A stretch of DNA of 45,163 nucleotides from a virus (taxonomy: Duplodnaviria > Caudoviricetes): IMG/VR virus record IMGVR_UViG_3300030372_001396, positions 1-45,163 of that record; one strand, written 5' to 3'. Below are positions 34,689 to 44,993 of the stretch, one piece after another (position 1 is the first letter of the stretch; each line of letters opens with the position of its first letter). Below the pieces are notes generated by a model. It did no database searches and had not been told where the DNA came from. It was given only the letters and a program-made list of their open reading frames with translations. A program made the position numbers and the translations under genes.

Positions 34689-36766
34689 TGGCTGAATCAT
34701 TTAAAGACCAAGTAGATGCGTTAACAGGTTTTGCTACAACAGAAAATGATGCATTATCTGATTGGTTGACTGCAGGTGCTCGTACTATTTTAAATATACT
34801 ACCTATAAATAAACTAGAAAGAGTTGCAAGCAATACAAACTTTACAAGCACTGTAGATGTAGAAGACAAAAAAATATTATCAGTATTAAGAAGAGATGAA
34901 AATAATAGTGATATAGCTATGCCTTGTAGAAAACTTTTACCTAGTCAAATGGGAACAGTGCAAGATTCATCTTATATGGAATTTGCTACAACAAGTGACC
35001 CAGCTTATATTATTTTTGATAAAGTTTTAAATGTATTTCCTACGGTGGTTAGTAGTAATCATAGTAGGCTTGTAGCTATAGATACCAGCATAACAGTAGC
35101 TCATGGTGCTACGAATATAGATAACTTTCCAGACGAAGCAGAGAATGCAGTAGTTTTATATGCAGCAAGAAATGCTATACAAAGACTAATGAATAACATA
35201 CAGTCTAATTCTGATATAACCACAGCATTGACAGCAGCTAACACAGAACTAGATGAATTACAAGCATTAGCAGACAAGATAGATACTGAGGTTGCTTTAA
35301 TAAATACGCAAGCAGATTCAGCATTAGCAGAAATAGCACTAGCCAATTTAGAAGTAGATAAAATGGCAGCTGAGGTAGACTTAGATAACGCAGAAGTAGA
35401 TTTAGCAAAAGCAGAAATTACAGAATCTGCAGGACTTGTAGATTCTGCTATAGATACTGCTACTGCGGCAATTAAAACTTCTGTAGATAAAATGAATGCT
35501 GCAATAGAATTAGCTAATCTAGAGTTTGATAAAGCAGAAACAGAAGCAGATGCAGCAGAAGCAGAAGCAGATGATGGAGCAGTAGCTACAGCATTAGGAT
35601 TGATTAACACGCAAGTAGATGCAGCAGTAGCTTTAATATCTACTGGTTCTGGAGATAATGCAATAGTAAATAAACTTGCTTTAGTTGAAACAAACATATC
35701 AAATGCTGCTACAGAAATAGGACTTGCAAAAGCAGAGGCGACAGAAATAGCAACTCAAACAGATAATAGTGGTGATATAAATACAGCATTAATTGCAATG
35801 AATGCAGCAGTAGATAAGTTTCAAGCAGCAAGTGGCGACCCAGCACTTTACGGAGATGAAGACATTTACACCACTGGTGTAGGATTTACAAAAGTAAAAG
35901 ATGCATTAGATAATGCACAAAAAATTGTAGACGATGGTGCTAACTCACCAACTGGTAATGCAGCAGGAGATGCAGCAACTTATCTATATACAGAAGAAGA
36001 TGTAGAGCTTATGAATGGTGCATTACAAATAGCATCTACAGAACAGAACAGAGCAAGAATACATTTGGAAGAATTTTCAACATCTGTTAATGGACTTCAA
36101 GCAGAAATAAATGGATTTGCTACTGAGGTTACCTCAAGGGTTAATTTAACAGGAGCAAAAGGACAGGCGGTACAAGCTTTTATTAGCACTGCACAGGCTT
36201 ATATAAACGAAGCACAAGCTAATTTATCACTAGCTAGTGGATATAATAATGCAGTAGGTGCTTATCTAAATGCAGCACAAGGATATGCAGCAGAAATACA
36301 AGCTTATGTAACTTCAAGCCAAATGTTTATAGGAACTGCAAGCAATAGAATTAATGTTGGTAATGCATTTTTAGCAGAAGCCAATGCAAGAGCAGGAGAA
36401 GCTTCAGCATATATAGGCGAGATAAACGGAAGAACAACTCAAATACAATCTCAATTAAGTGTAGCACAAGGCTATGTACAAACAGGAGCAGGATACTCAA
36501 GAGTAGCAGATGGTTATGGTAAAACAGCACAAGGATATTTAGGAACTGCAGCAACTTATTTATCAGCAGGACAAGGCTTTGCTTCAACAGCCCAAGGGTA
36601 TGTTAATGAAGTAACATCAAAAATTAATATAGCATCATCTTATTTACAAGAAATGCAAGCAAGACTTGCAGTAGATAATTCAAAGTATACTTGGTATACA
36701 CAACAATACCAAATGCTAGATGCTCAATATAAAGAACAAATAGAAACATTGCGTGGAATTATATAA
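34688..36766 (+). CDS. Head-tail adaptor-like protein with a long coiled-coil region
   Basis: Globular N-terminus (DPAY...VFP...FPDEAExAVVLYAA) followed by ~500 aa of Ala-rich heptads with AQGY repeats. Confidence 0.6.
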   Translation: MAESFKDQVDALTGFATTENDALSDWLTAGARTILNILPINKLERVASNTNFTSTVDVEDKKILSVLRRDENNSDIAMPCRKLLPSQMGTVQDSSYMEFATTSDPAYIIFDKVLNVFPTVVSSNHSRLVAIDTSITVAHGATNIDNFPDEAENAVVLYAARNAIQRLMNNIQSNSDITTALTAANTELDELQALADKIDTEVALINTQADSALAEIALANLEVDKMAAEVDLDNAEVDLAKAEITESAGLVDSAIDTATAAIKTSVDKMNAAIELANLEFDKAETEADAAEAEADDGAVATALGLINTQVDAAVALISTGSGDNAIVNKLALVETNISNAATEIGLAKAEATEIATQTDNSGDINTALIAMNAAVDKFQAASGDPALYGDEDIYTTGVGFTKVKDALDNAQKIVDDGANSPTGNAAGDAATYLYTEEDVELMNGALQIASTEQNRARIHLEEFSTSVNGLQAEINGFATEVTSRVNLTGAKGQAVQAFISTAQAYINEAQANLSLASGYNNAVGAYLNAAQGYAAEIQAYVTSSQMFIGTASNRINVGNAFLAEANARAGEASAYIGEINGRTTQIQSQLSVAQGYVQTGAGYSRVADGYGKTAQGYLGTAATYLSAGQGFASTAQGYVNEVTSKINIASSYLQEMQARLAVDNSKYTWYTQQYQMLDAQYKEQIETLRGII

Positions 36767-36945
36767 TGGCTTTAAAAAGTACATGGACAAAACATACAGA
36801 TAATATAAAATCTACATCTTGGACAGCACAATTAAATAATGCAATAGAAACATCTTGGTCAAGAGTGTTGCAACTGTTATCTGGCCTTTGGAATGACACA
36901 GAAAAAAAATGGGAAGATATAACTATAACCTATGAGGAATTATAA
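36766..36945 (+). CDS. 59-aa Trp-repeat structural peptide (not in ORF track)
   Basis: TAATG coupling on both sides; STW/TSW/TSW repeats every 12 aa. Confidence 0.7.
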   Translation: MALKSTWTKHTDNIKSTSWTAQLNNAIETSWSRVLQLLSGLWNDTEKKWEDITITYEEL

Positions 36946-37250
36946 TGGCAGCAATAGAATTTACAGTTAAAGAAATAGTAAGCAGAGTAAGACAAGCAGT
37001 GCCTAGCGTTTCAGAAAACTATGTTATTAATCTAATAAATGAAGGTTTAATTGACATGGGTAAATATTCTACAAAAGTAGAGTGGGCTAAAACAAATTTA
37101 GTGCACGACCAAATGTGGTATGGTCTTGACGATGACAGAGATGTTACTGTAAATAAAGTTTTTAAGTGTAGCATTTTAAACTCTGATGGAGAATATATAA
37201 TGATACCAAGATTATTAAACCAAGATATTAAAATAACAGATACGGAATAA
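36945..37250 (+). CDS. Putative tail adaptor protein
   Basis: EIVSRVRQ...YVINLINEGL N-terminus resembles podovirus adaptors. Confidence 0.55.
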   Translation: MAAIEFTVKEIVSRVRQAVPSVSENYVINLINEGLIDMGKYSTKVEWAKTNLVHDQMWYGLDDDRDVTVNKVFKCSILNSDGEYIMIPRLLNQDIKITDTE

Positions 37251-37253
37251 GAC

Positions 37254-37706
37254 ATGGCAGCAGTAGATAGTAATTATACAGACCCTTCAGACTCTTTTGT
37301 TTGGTGGATAGAAGGAGATAAGCTAGCAATAGCTACAACTAAAGGTGATGGAGGCACAGCTGAAACATCAGAAGGAAAATTTAAAGCAGCAAGTATAGGC
37401 TCATCTGGTGATGTTATCACCTCAGGTTTGTTAATTTCTTACTATGGTGAACCAGATAAAATAACATCTGTTAGCAGTACAATAGATTTAGATAATGTTT
37501 TACAACCAGCATTAATTGATTTTGTAAAAGCAAAAGCTTTAATGGACTTAGCAGCTAATACAGAAGACCCTAATATAGCACAAATAAAAATGGCTGCTGG
37601 ACAACAAGCTATGGCAAGTTATCAAGATGCTGTCAAAAGATATGGAAGTAGAAAAAGAGATAAGCTAGGCGGAACAAGAGCAATAGCACCATTTAGTTTT
37701 AAATAA
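37254..37706 (+). CDS. Putative tail adaptor protein
   Basis: LQPALIDFVKAK helix resembles adaptor C-terminal halves; position in the tail module. Confidence 0.5.
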   Translation: MAAVDSNYTDPSDSFVWWIEGDKLAIATTKGDGGTAETSEGKFKAASIGSSGDVITSGLLISYYGEPDKITSVSSTIDLDNVLQPALIDFVKAKALMDLAANTEDPNIAQIKMAAGQQAMASYQDAVKRYGSRKRDKLGGTRAIAPFSFK

Positions 37707-37719
37707 AGGATAAAGTAAA

Positions 37720-40700
37720 ATGGCAACATTAACAGGACAAAGAATAAAAGATAGCTATAAAGATTTATTACAAGTCTCTAATAGTAATTCTGGTATAGAC
37801 TCAACACTAAGAGCAGTATCAGATGGGGAAGCTACAGATAGTGTATTACAACTTAGCAGTGCTGCTGTTAATATATCCTCAGCAGGTGCGTTACAGTATG
37901 CTGGTGTTGCTATTACATCTACAGCTGCTGAACTTAATATCTTAGATGGTGCAACAATTACTGTATCTGAATTAAACATCTTAGACGGAGTAACTGCTAC
38001 AGCAACAGAAATAAATCTATTAGATGGAGTTACGGCAACTACTTCAGAATTAAATATCTTAGATGGTGTAACAGCCACAGCCTCTGAATTAAATATTTTA
38101 GATGGTGTGACAGCAACTGCTTCTGAATTGAATATAATGGATGGAGTGACTGCTACTACAGCAGAATTAAATTATGTAGATGGAGTAACTTCTAATATTC
38201 AAACACAGTTAGATTCAAAAATAAGTGCTACACTTACACAAGAGCAGGTAGAAGATTTTGTTGGAGGTATGTTAGATGGTACAGAAACAGGTATTTCTGT
38301 TAGCTATGATGACACAGATGGTAATATAGATTTTGTTGTAGCTACACAATCAGACAATAATTTTACAACCACACTTTTAAATAAGTTAAATGCAATAGAA
38401 GCTAGTGCAGATGTAACCGATACCTCTAATGTAACCTCAGCAGGAGCATTAATGGATTCTGAAGTTACTAATCTTTCTCTTGTAAAAGGTTTAACATCAG
38501 GTATATCTAGTGGAAATGTTTTAGTTGCTAATTCAGCAGTTGCTGATAATGATTTTTTAAAAATTGATGGAACATCAGTAGAAGGTAGAACTGCAGCAGA
38601 AGTAAGAAGTGATTTAAATGTAGAAGATGGAGCTACAGCAGACCAAACAAACGCAGAGATTAGAACTGCCGTAGAAGCAGCCTCAGATTCTAATGTATTC
38701 ACAGATGATGACCATAGCAAGTTAAATGCTATTGAAGCTAGTGCTGATGTAACAGACACTGCAAATGTAACAAGTGCAGGTGCATTGATGGATAGTGAAC
38801 TTACAAGTATTGCAGATGTAAAAGCACTAGACCAGTCAGTAGTAAGTGGAGCAACGCCTACATTTACAACTACTAATTTTACTGACGCTTCAAATAAAAG
38901 ATTAATGACTGATGCTCAAGAAACTAAGCTTGACTCAGTAGAAAGTAATGCGACTGCTGACCAAACAGATGAAGAAATACAAGATGTCGTAGGAGCAATG
39001 TTTAGTAGTAATACCGAAACTGGAATTACTGCTACATACCAAGATGGCGATGGAACAATAGATTTAGTTGTTGGAACTTTAAACCAAGATACAACAGGTA
39101 CAGCTGCTAAGGTAACAGTATCAGACAGCACTGCAAACACAAACTTTCCTGTTGTATTTCATGATGAGTCAAATGCTTTATTAGATGACACAGGGGCATT
39201 AAGATACAATCCAAGCTCAGGAACATTATTAGTTCCTAATCTTTCTGTTGCTGGTACTACAACAACTGTAGATACAGTAACAATGGAAGCATCAAATGCT
39301 ATTATATTTGAAGGAGCAACTGCAGATGCAAACGAAACAACACTATCTATTGTAGACCCTACTGGTGACAGAACAATTAATTTACCAAATGTATCAGGTA
39401 CTATACCAGTATTAGCAGCAGCTTCTACAACACAAATTTCATCTACTCCAGAAGAACTTAATATTTTAGACGGAGTTACATCAACTGCAGCTGAATTAAA
39501 TATTCTTGATGGTGTTACAAGTACCGCTGCTGAATTAAACATTCTTGATGGTGCTACAGTTGTAGTGGGAGAAATTAATTATTTAGATTTAGGTTCAACA
39601 GCAGTAGGAACTGCTATAGCTTCTAAAGCAGTTGTATTAGACTCCAATAAAGATTATACAGGCATAAGAAATCTAACGATTACAGGAGAGCTAGATGGTG
39701 GCAGTTTAGACATTAGTGGCGATGCAGACATTGATGGAACTCTAGAAACAGATGCGTTATCTATAAATGGTACAGCAGTAAGTTCTACTGCAGCTGAATT
39801 AAATGTATTAGATGGATATACTGGAAGTGTAACAGAATTAAATTATTTAGATACCTTACACGCAACTGGTGTAACAGCAACAGAGTTTGATTATTTAGAT
39901 GGAGTAACATCAAGCATTCAAACACAATTAAATGCTAAAATTGAAGCTACATTAACTACTGAACAAGTGCAGGACATTGTTGGTGCAATGTTTAGTAGTA
40001 ATACTGAAACTCGTATATCTGCTACTTATGAAGATGGGGATGGTACAATAGATTTAGTCGTAGACGATATGACTGCTGATACTAATACACAACTATCTGA
40101 TGAACAAGTTCAAGATATTGTCGGTGCAATGGTTTCCAGTAATACAGAAACAGGTATTGCCGTGACCTATCAAGACGGAGATGGCACTTTAGATTTTGTA
40201 GTTGCTACTCTTAACCAAGATACCACAGGTAATGCTGCTACAGCCACAGCTCTTGAAACAGCTAGAACAATACATGGTGTATCTTTTGATGGTACTGCTA
40301 ATATAGATTTATCTGAAGTAGTACAAGATACAGCTGGAGGAATGTTTAGTAGTAACACTGAAACATTTATTACAGCCACTTATCAAGATGCTGATGGGAC
40401 AGTAGACTTAGTTGTTCCTGTTTTAGATGAAGATGATTTATCAAGTGATTCAGCTTCACACTTAGTAACTCAACAATCAGTTAAAGCTTATATTGATGCT
40501 CAAGTTGCTGCTTCAGGCTCAGGAGATATTACAGCGGTAACTTTCCAAACAGACTCTGGTTCTGGAAGTAAAGCTTCTGACACTGGCGGTAGTGCTGACT
40601 TCTCATTGCTAGGTGGAGATGGAATAGGTATAACAAATAGTGGTACAACTATAACTGCAGCAGTTGCAGCAGCACAAACAACTATTACATCATTACTAGC

Positions 40701-43011
40701 TACTGATATTAAAATTGGAGAAGATGACCAAACAAAGATTGATTTTGAAACAGCAGATGAAATACATTTCTATGCTGCAAATGTAGAACAAGTTTATTTA
40801 GGAGATAATATATTTGGACCACAATCTGACAGTGATGTAGATTTAGGTTCTAGTTCTGTTAGATGGAAAGATGCTTATGTAGATAGCATTACAGTAACTG
40901 GAGAAGTAGACGGTGCTTCATTAGACATATCTGGTGACGCTGACATTGACGGTACATTAGAAGCTGATGCAATTACTATTGGCGGAGTAACCTTAGCAGA
41001 AACAATTAGCGATACAGTAGGAGCAATGGTAGGAAGTAATACTGAAAGTGGTATCACTGTAGCTTACCAAGACGCAGACAATACTTTAGATTTTACTGTT
41101 GGTACTTTAAATCAAGATACAACAGGTTCTGCAGCAACTCTTACAACAGCAAGAAATATTGGTGGAGTAAGTTTTGATGGCTCTGCTAATATTAATTTAC
41201 CTGGTGTAAACACTGGCGGTAATCAAGATACTTCAGGTAACGCAGCAACAGCAACAGCATTAGAAACAGCAAGAAATATAGGTGGCGTATCATTTGATGG
41301 TACAGGAAATATCAACCTACCAGGCGTAAACACAGCAGGCAATCAAGACACTACTGGAAATGCAGCCACTGCAACTGCATTAGCAACAGCTAGAAATATC
41401 CACGGTGTTAGCTTTGACGGTACAGGAAATATTGATTTAACAGAAGTTATAGAAGACACTGTAGGAGCTATGGTATCTTCAAATACTGAATCAGGTATTA
41501 CAGTAGCTTATCAAGATGGCGATGGTACTTTAGACTTTACAGTAGGTACACTTAATCAGGATACGACTGGTAACGCAGCAACTGCTACAGCTTTAGCAAC
41601 TGCAAGGAATATTCACGGTGTTTCTTTTGACGGAACAGGCAACATAGATTTATCTGAGGTAATTCAAGATACCGTAGGAGCTATGTTCTCTTCTAATACA
41701 GAAACTAGAATCACTGCTACCTATCAAGACGCAGACGGTACAATAGATTTAGTTGTTGATGATTTAGATACTGATACACAATTATCAACAGAAAATGTCC
41801 AAGACATTGTTGGTGCTATGTTCTCAAGTAATACTGAGACTAGAATCTCAGCTACATACCAAGACGGAGATGGAACGATAGACTTGGCTGTAGACGATAT
41901 GACTGCTAATGACAATACTAATCAACTTACTACATTCCAACTTGAGGATGGTGACGGCACAGAAGTTACTATTGCACACGGTAAAGAAATTAAGTTTGTA
42001 GAAGGTGGTGGTATTGATATTAATTTTACTGACACTTCTACAGGTAGTGATGGAGACCCATTTGATTTAACATTTACAGTTTCATCTCAAACTGATAACA
42101 ACTTTACAAATGCCGACCATAGTAAGTTAGACGGAATAGAGGCAAGTGCAGATGTAACTGATGCTACAAATGTAACAGCTGCTGGTGCATTAATGGACAG
42201 TGAGTGTTCTAATCTATCAGCTGTTAAAGGAATAAACCAAGCATTAACTACAAGTTCTGATGTACAATTTGGAGATGTAACTCTTGGAGGTATTGTTCTT
42301 GACGGTAATACTATTTCTGGTATTGATGATTCTGGAGAATTTACTAATAATGATGCTCACATTATGACTTCCGCTGCAGTAGAAGATAAAATTTTAGGTT
42401 ATGGATATACAACTAATACTGGAGATATTACAGGAGTAACAGCAGGCACAAACTGTAGTGGTGGAGGAACTAGTGGAGCTGTTACTATTAATGTTGATGA
42501 CGCTTTTTTAAAGAACGATGCTGATGATACGACAAGTGGAACCATAACTGCTGCTGGATACAATACAGCTTCTGGTAAAATAGGAGATGTTGATGATGAG
42601 TATATTGATTTTGGAACTGCTGGTGAAATACAATTTAAAATAGATAATGTTGAAGATTTTATGATGGCAGATGGTGGAACATTCCACGCAAACGCAGATA
42701 TTATTGCTTCTTCTGGTAGCATATCATCAGATAAAAAACTTAAAAAGAACATTGTAGATGTTTCGTATGGATTAGAGGATATATTAAAACTTCGTGGTGT
42801 AGAGTTTGATTGGAAAGAAAAACTAGATGGTAAGCACGATATTGGATTTATAGCACAAGAAGTTGAAGAGGTTATTCCAGAACTTGTAAAAGAAGTAGAA
42901 GGATTAAACGATGAAGAATCTCACTTAGTTGTAAACTATACAAATGTAATTCCAGTATTAGTTGAAGCAATCAAAGAATTAAAAGCTGAAATAGAGGAAC
43001 TTAAGAAATGA
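37720..43011 (+). CDS. Long repetitive tail fibre with a C-terminal peptidase S74 intramolecular chaperone
   Basis: ELNILDGVT, QDIVGAMFSSNTET and ARxIxGVSFDG repeats; SDKKLKKNI...IGFIAQEV...LVEAIKEL chaperone. Confidence 0.9.
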   Translation: MATLTGQRIKDSYKDLLQVSNSNSGIDSTLRAVSDGEATDSVLQLSSAAVNISSAGALQYAGVAITSTAAELNILDGATITVSELNILDGVTATATEINLLDGVTATTSELNILDGVTATASELNILDGVTATASELNIMDGVTATTAELNYVDGVTSNIQTQLDSKISATLTQEQVEDFVGGMLDGTETGISVSYDDTDGNIDFVVATQSDNNFTTTLLNKLNAIEASADVTDTSNVTSAGALMDSEVTNLSLVKGLTSGISSGNVLVANSAVADNDFLKIDGTSVEGRTAAEVRSDLNVEDGATADQTNAEIRTAVEAASDSNVFTDDDHSKLNAIEASADVTDTANVTSAGALMDSELTSIADVKALDQSVVSGATPTFTTTNFTDASNKRLMTDAQETKLDSVESNATADQTDEEIQDVVGAMFSSNTETGITATYQDGDGTIDLVVGTLNQDTTGTAAKVTVSDSTANTNFPVVFHDESNALLDDTGALRYNPSSGTLLVPNLSVAGTTTTVDTVTMEASNAIIFEGATADANETTLSIVDPTGDRTINLPNVSGTIPVLAAASTTQISSTPEELNILDGVTSTAAELNILDGVTSTAAELNILDGATVVVGEINYLDLGSTAVGTAIASKAVVLDSNKDYTGIRNLTITGELDGGSLDISGDADIDGTLETDALSINGTAVSSTAAELNVLDGYTGSVTELNYLDTLHATGVTATEFDYLDGVTSSIQTQLNAKIEATLTTEQVQDIVGAMFSSNTETRISATYEDGDGTIDLVVDDMTADTNTQLSDEQVQDIVGAMVSSNTETGIAVTYQDGDGTLDFVVATLNQDTTGNAATATALETARTIHGVSFDGTANIDLSEVVQDTAGGMFSSNTETFITATYQDADGTVDLVVPVLDEDDLSSDSASHLVTQQSVKAYIDAQVAASGSGDITAVTFQTDSGSGSKASDTGGSADFSLLGGDGIGITNSGTTITAAVAAAQTTITSLLATDIKIGEDDQTKIDFETADEIHFYAANVEQVYLGDNIFGPQSDSDVDLGSSSVRWKDAYVDSITVTGEVDGASLDISGDADIDGTLEADAITIGGVTLAETISDTVGAMVGSNTESGITVAYQDADNTLDFTVGTLNQDTTGSAATLTTARNIGGVSFDGSANINLPGVNTGGNQDTSGNAATATALETARNIGGVSFDGTGNINLPGVNTAGNQDTTGNAATATALATARNIHGVSFDGTGNIDLTEVIEDTVGAMVSSNTESGITVAYQDGDGTLDFTVGTLNQDTTGNAATATALATARNIHGVSFDGTGNIDLSEVIQDTVGAMFSSNTETRITATYQDADGTIDLVVDDLDTDTQLSTENVQDIVGAMFSSNTETRISATYQDGDGTIDLAVDDMTANDNTNQLTTFQLEDGDGTEVTIAHGKEIKFVEGGGIDINFTDTSTGSDGDPFDLTFTVSSQTDNNFTNADHSKLDGIEASADVTDATNVTAAGALMDSECSNLSAVKGINQALTTSSDVQFGDVTLGGIVLDGNTISGIDDSGEFTNNDAHIMTSAAVEDKILGYGYTTNTGDITGVTAGTNCSGGGTSGAVTINVDDAFLKNDADDTTSGTITAAGYNTASGKIGDVDDEYIDFGTAGEIQFKIDNVEDFMMADGGTFHANADIIASSGSISSDKKLKKNIVDVSYGLEDILKLRGVEFDWKEKLDGKHDIGFIAQEVEEVIPELVKEVEGLNDEESHLVVNYTNVIPVLVEAIKELKAEIEELKK

Positions 43012-44138
43012 GCTTGACTGCATCAGGACAAATATCAATGCACGATATAAGAAGTGAACTAGGAGCTAGTGGAGAAATATCTTTAATAGATGCTTCTGAC
43101 GGTAGTATAGCAACTATTAATACTAACAATGCAAGTGATGATAGACCAGACGGTAGTGCACCACACGCTATGAGTGAGTTTTATAGTTATGACCACGATG
43201 CTGCTGGTGCCACATCATTTGGTACTTGGAGTGATGCAACAATAAGATTTGTAGGTAGTAGCCCTGGTGATGGAGTAACTACACACGCACTAAGTACAAA
43301 TGATATGTCAGACCCAACTGGTAATGTAGGAATAGATTCTAACACAGATTCTGGAACAGTAAGAGGAAGTTGTTTAGTTGCTATATCAAGCACAGGAGAC
43401 CCTGGAACTGCTTCAAGTAGTTTTGGTGGTGGTACAAGTAATAGTGGTAGTGGGTATGAAACTATAGTAAATAATTCTGCTATAGGTAGTGTAAGTATGA
43501 GTTCATCAAATGATACTATTAACGCAAGATTTGCTTTTAAACCACACGCAGTACACACTGAGACGACTACTAGAACTTTAACTTGGACAGTAAACAGTGT
43601 AACTAATGATGACATGACTGTGTTTTGTAGTGTTACAAGCTTTGGTGGATTTTGTGTAGGAGAGTATGTTCCTGTAAATACACAAGGTGGATACAAACAT
43701 ATATCAGAACTAGAAGTTGGAGATTCAGTAATGTCATACAACTTTGAAACAAACTCTGTAGAAGAAGCACCTATTTTAAAAATAGAAAAACCTATGCACA
43801 CCGACTTAGTAGTATACAGATTTGATGATATGGATGATATACAATATAAACACGGTAATACTGTAACTATAAATAAAGGGATTACAATAACTAAAGACCA
43901 TCCTATATATAAAGAAGACGGAACTATGGTTTGTTTGGACCCAGCAAAAGCAAAAGAATTATATGGACTAGACGCACAAGAAATACAAAAAGGTGACAGA
44001 ATAAGATTTATGGATAAAATTAGAGAAGTTAAAGACTATTTAAATTCTCCAGAAGAATTACAAACCTATACAATATTAACAAAGAATAATAACTTTTATG
44101 CAGGTGGCGTATTAGTTCACAGTGAGATTTCAGAATAA
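43008..44138 (+). CDS. Tail-fibre-associated protein with a C-terminal Hint (intein-like) domain
   Basis: SGQISMxDIxxE N-terminus; Hint domain from Cys216 (43653): CV...ISELEVGD, TKDHP, NFYAGGVLVHS. Confidence 0.85.
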   Translation: MSLTASGQISMHDIRSELGASGEISLIDASDGSIATINTNNASDDRPDGSAPHAMSEFYSYDHDAAGATSFGTWSDATIRFVGSSPGDGVTTHALSTNDMSDPTGNVGIDSNTDSGTVRGSCLVAISSTGDPGTASSSFGGGTSNSGSGYETIVNNSAIGSVSMSSSNDTINARFAFKPHAVHTETTTRTLTWTVNSVTNDDMTVFCSVTSFGGFCVGEYVPVNTQGGYKHISELEVGDSVMSYNFETNSVEEAPILKIEKPMHTDLVVYRFDDMDDIQYKHGNTVTINKGITITKDHPIYKEDGTMVCLDPAKAKELYGLDAQEIQKGDRIRFMDKIREVKDYLNSPEELQTYTILTKNNNFYAGGVLVHSEISE

Positions 44139-44308
44139 TGTTTAATGGTCCAAATGGTGCAGGTAAAGGCGATAAACCTAGAGGTATGAAGATTTCTAGA
44201 AAAGAGTTTGAAGACCGTTGGGATAAAATATTTAACCATAAAGGGTTAGAAAAAAATATATTCAAAAACAAAGAAAAGGAAAGTAAAAGTGGCAACAGAA
44301 GTAAGTAA
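44138..44308 (+). CDS. 56-aa conserved phage peptide (not in ORF track)
   Basis: GKGDKPR...FEDRWDKIF motif; TAATG coupling. Confidence 0.7.
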   Translation: MFNGPNGAGKGDKPRGMKISRKEFEDRWDKIFNHKGLEKNIFKNKEKESKSGNRSK

Positions 44309-44582
44309 AGATAGTAAATTTACATTTAGTTTAGAAACATTAATATCTCTGGCCGTTACTATATTTATGGTTGTTGGTATGTGGTTTACTTTGCAGGCCG
44401 ATATTAAGGAAGCAAAAGAACTACCAGAACCACCAATAGGTAGAACAGAATATGATTTGAAAGACCAGATGATTAGAAATACTATCTTAGAAACAGAAAA
44501 AGATGTATCAGAAATAAAAGAACAGCAAAAAGAAATGCGTGAAGATGTTAAAAATATTGAACGCATGATGATGCAAAAATGA
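44289..44582 (+). CDS. Single-TM plus coiled-coil membrane protein
   Basis: GTG start after AAGGA; hydrophobic helix LISLAVTIFMVVGMWF followed by heptads. Confidence 0.75.
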   Translation: MATEVSKDSKFTFSLETLISLAVTIFMVVGMWFTLQADIKEAKELPEPPIGRTEYDLKDQMIRNTILETEKDVSEIKEQQKEMREDVKNIERMMMQK

Positions 44583-44591
44583 GGTATAGAG

Positions 44592-44993
44592 ATGAACTTA
44601 TATTATGGTATCTTTTGGTTACTTGGATTGTCGTTGTGGCTTACGCCATTACACTCTCAAGGTAAGTTAAAAGATTTACAACAAATACAATTATTAAGTC
44701 AAGACGAATGTGTTATAGTTCAAGTTAATGCAGACTGGAATATAAAGGCTTCTATGGATTTAGGTAGACTAAAAAATTGTAAGTGGTTTAACGCAAGCAT
44801 TGATGACAAACAATATGGAGCTATATTAGCTAATGAATGGAATATTAAATCAGTTCCAACTATTGTAATGTTTGAGTATGGAAAAGAAATAAAAAGATTT
44901 GAAGCTGGTTTGTCTTTTGATTTAGATGAAGATAAAATTAAAAGAGAAATTAATAAAGAAATAGATAAAATAATGTTAAGGAGATTTCAATGA
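44592..44993 (+). CDS. Exported thioredoxin-fold protein lacking CxxC
   Basis: Signal peptide; VIVQVNADWN in place of WCxxC; IKSVPTIVMFEYGKEIKRF cis-Pro motif. Confidence 0.75.
   Translation: MNLYYGIFWLLGLSLWLTPLHSQGKLKDLQQIQLLSQDECVIVQVNADWNIKASMDLGRLKNCKWFNASIDDKQYGAILANEWNIKSVPTIVMFEYGKEIKRFEAGLSFDLDEDKIKREINKEIDKIMLRRFQ

Noticed and set aside
44138-44175. GPNGAGK resembles an ABC-ATPase Walker A motif
   Set aside because: Followed by G rather than S/T in a 56-aa peptide with no ATPase domain; overlaps the common GKGDKPR phage peptide motif
901-44566. Numerous antisense and alternate-frame ORFs in the track (e.g. 35101-35697, 38304-38759, 43187-43801)
   Set aside because: Shadows of codon bias opposite well-supported genes; no RBS or motifs
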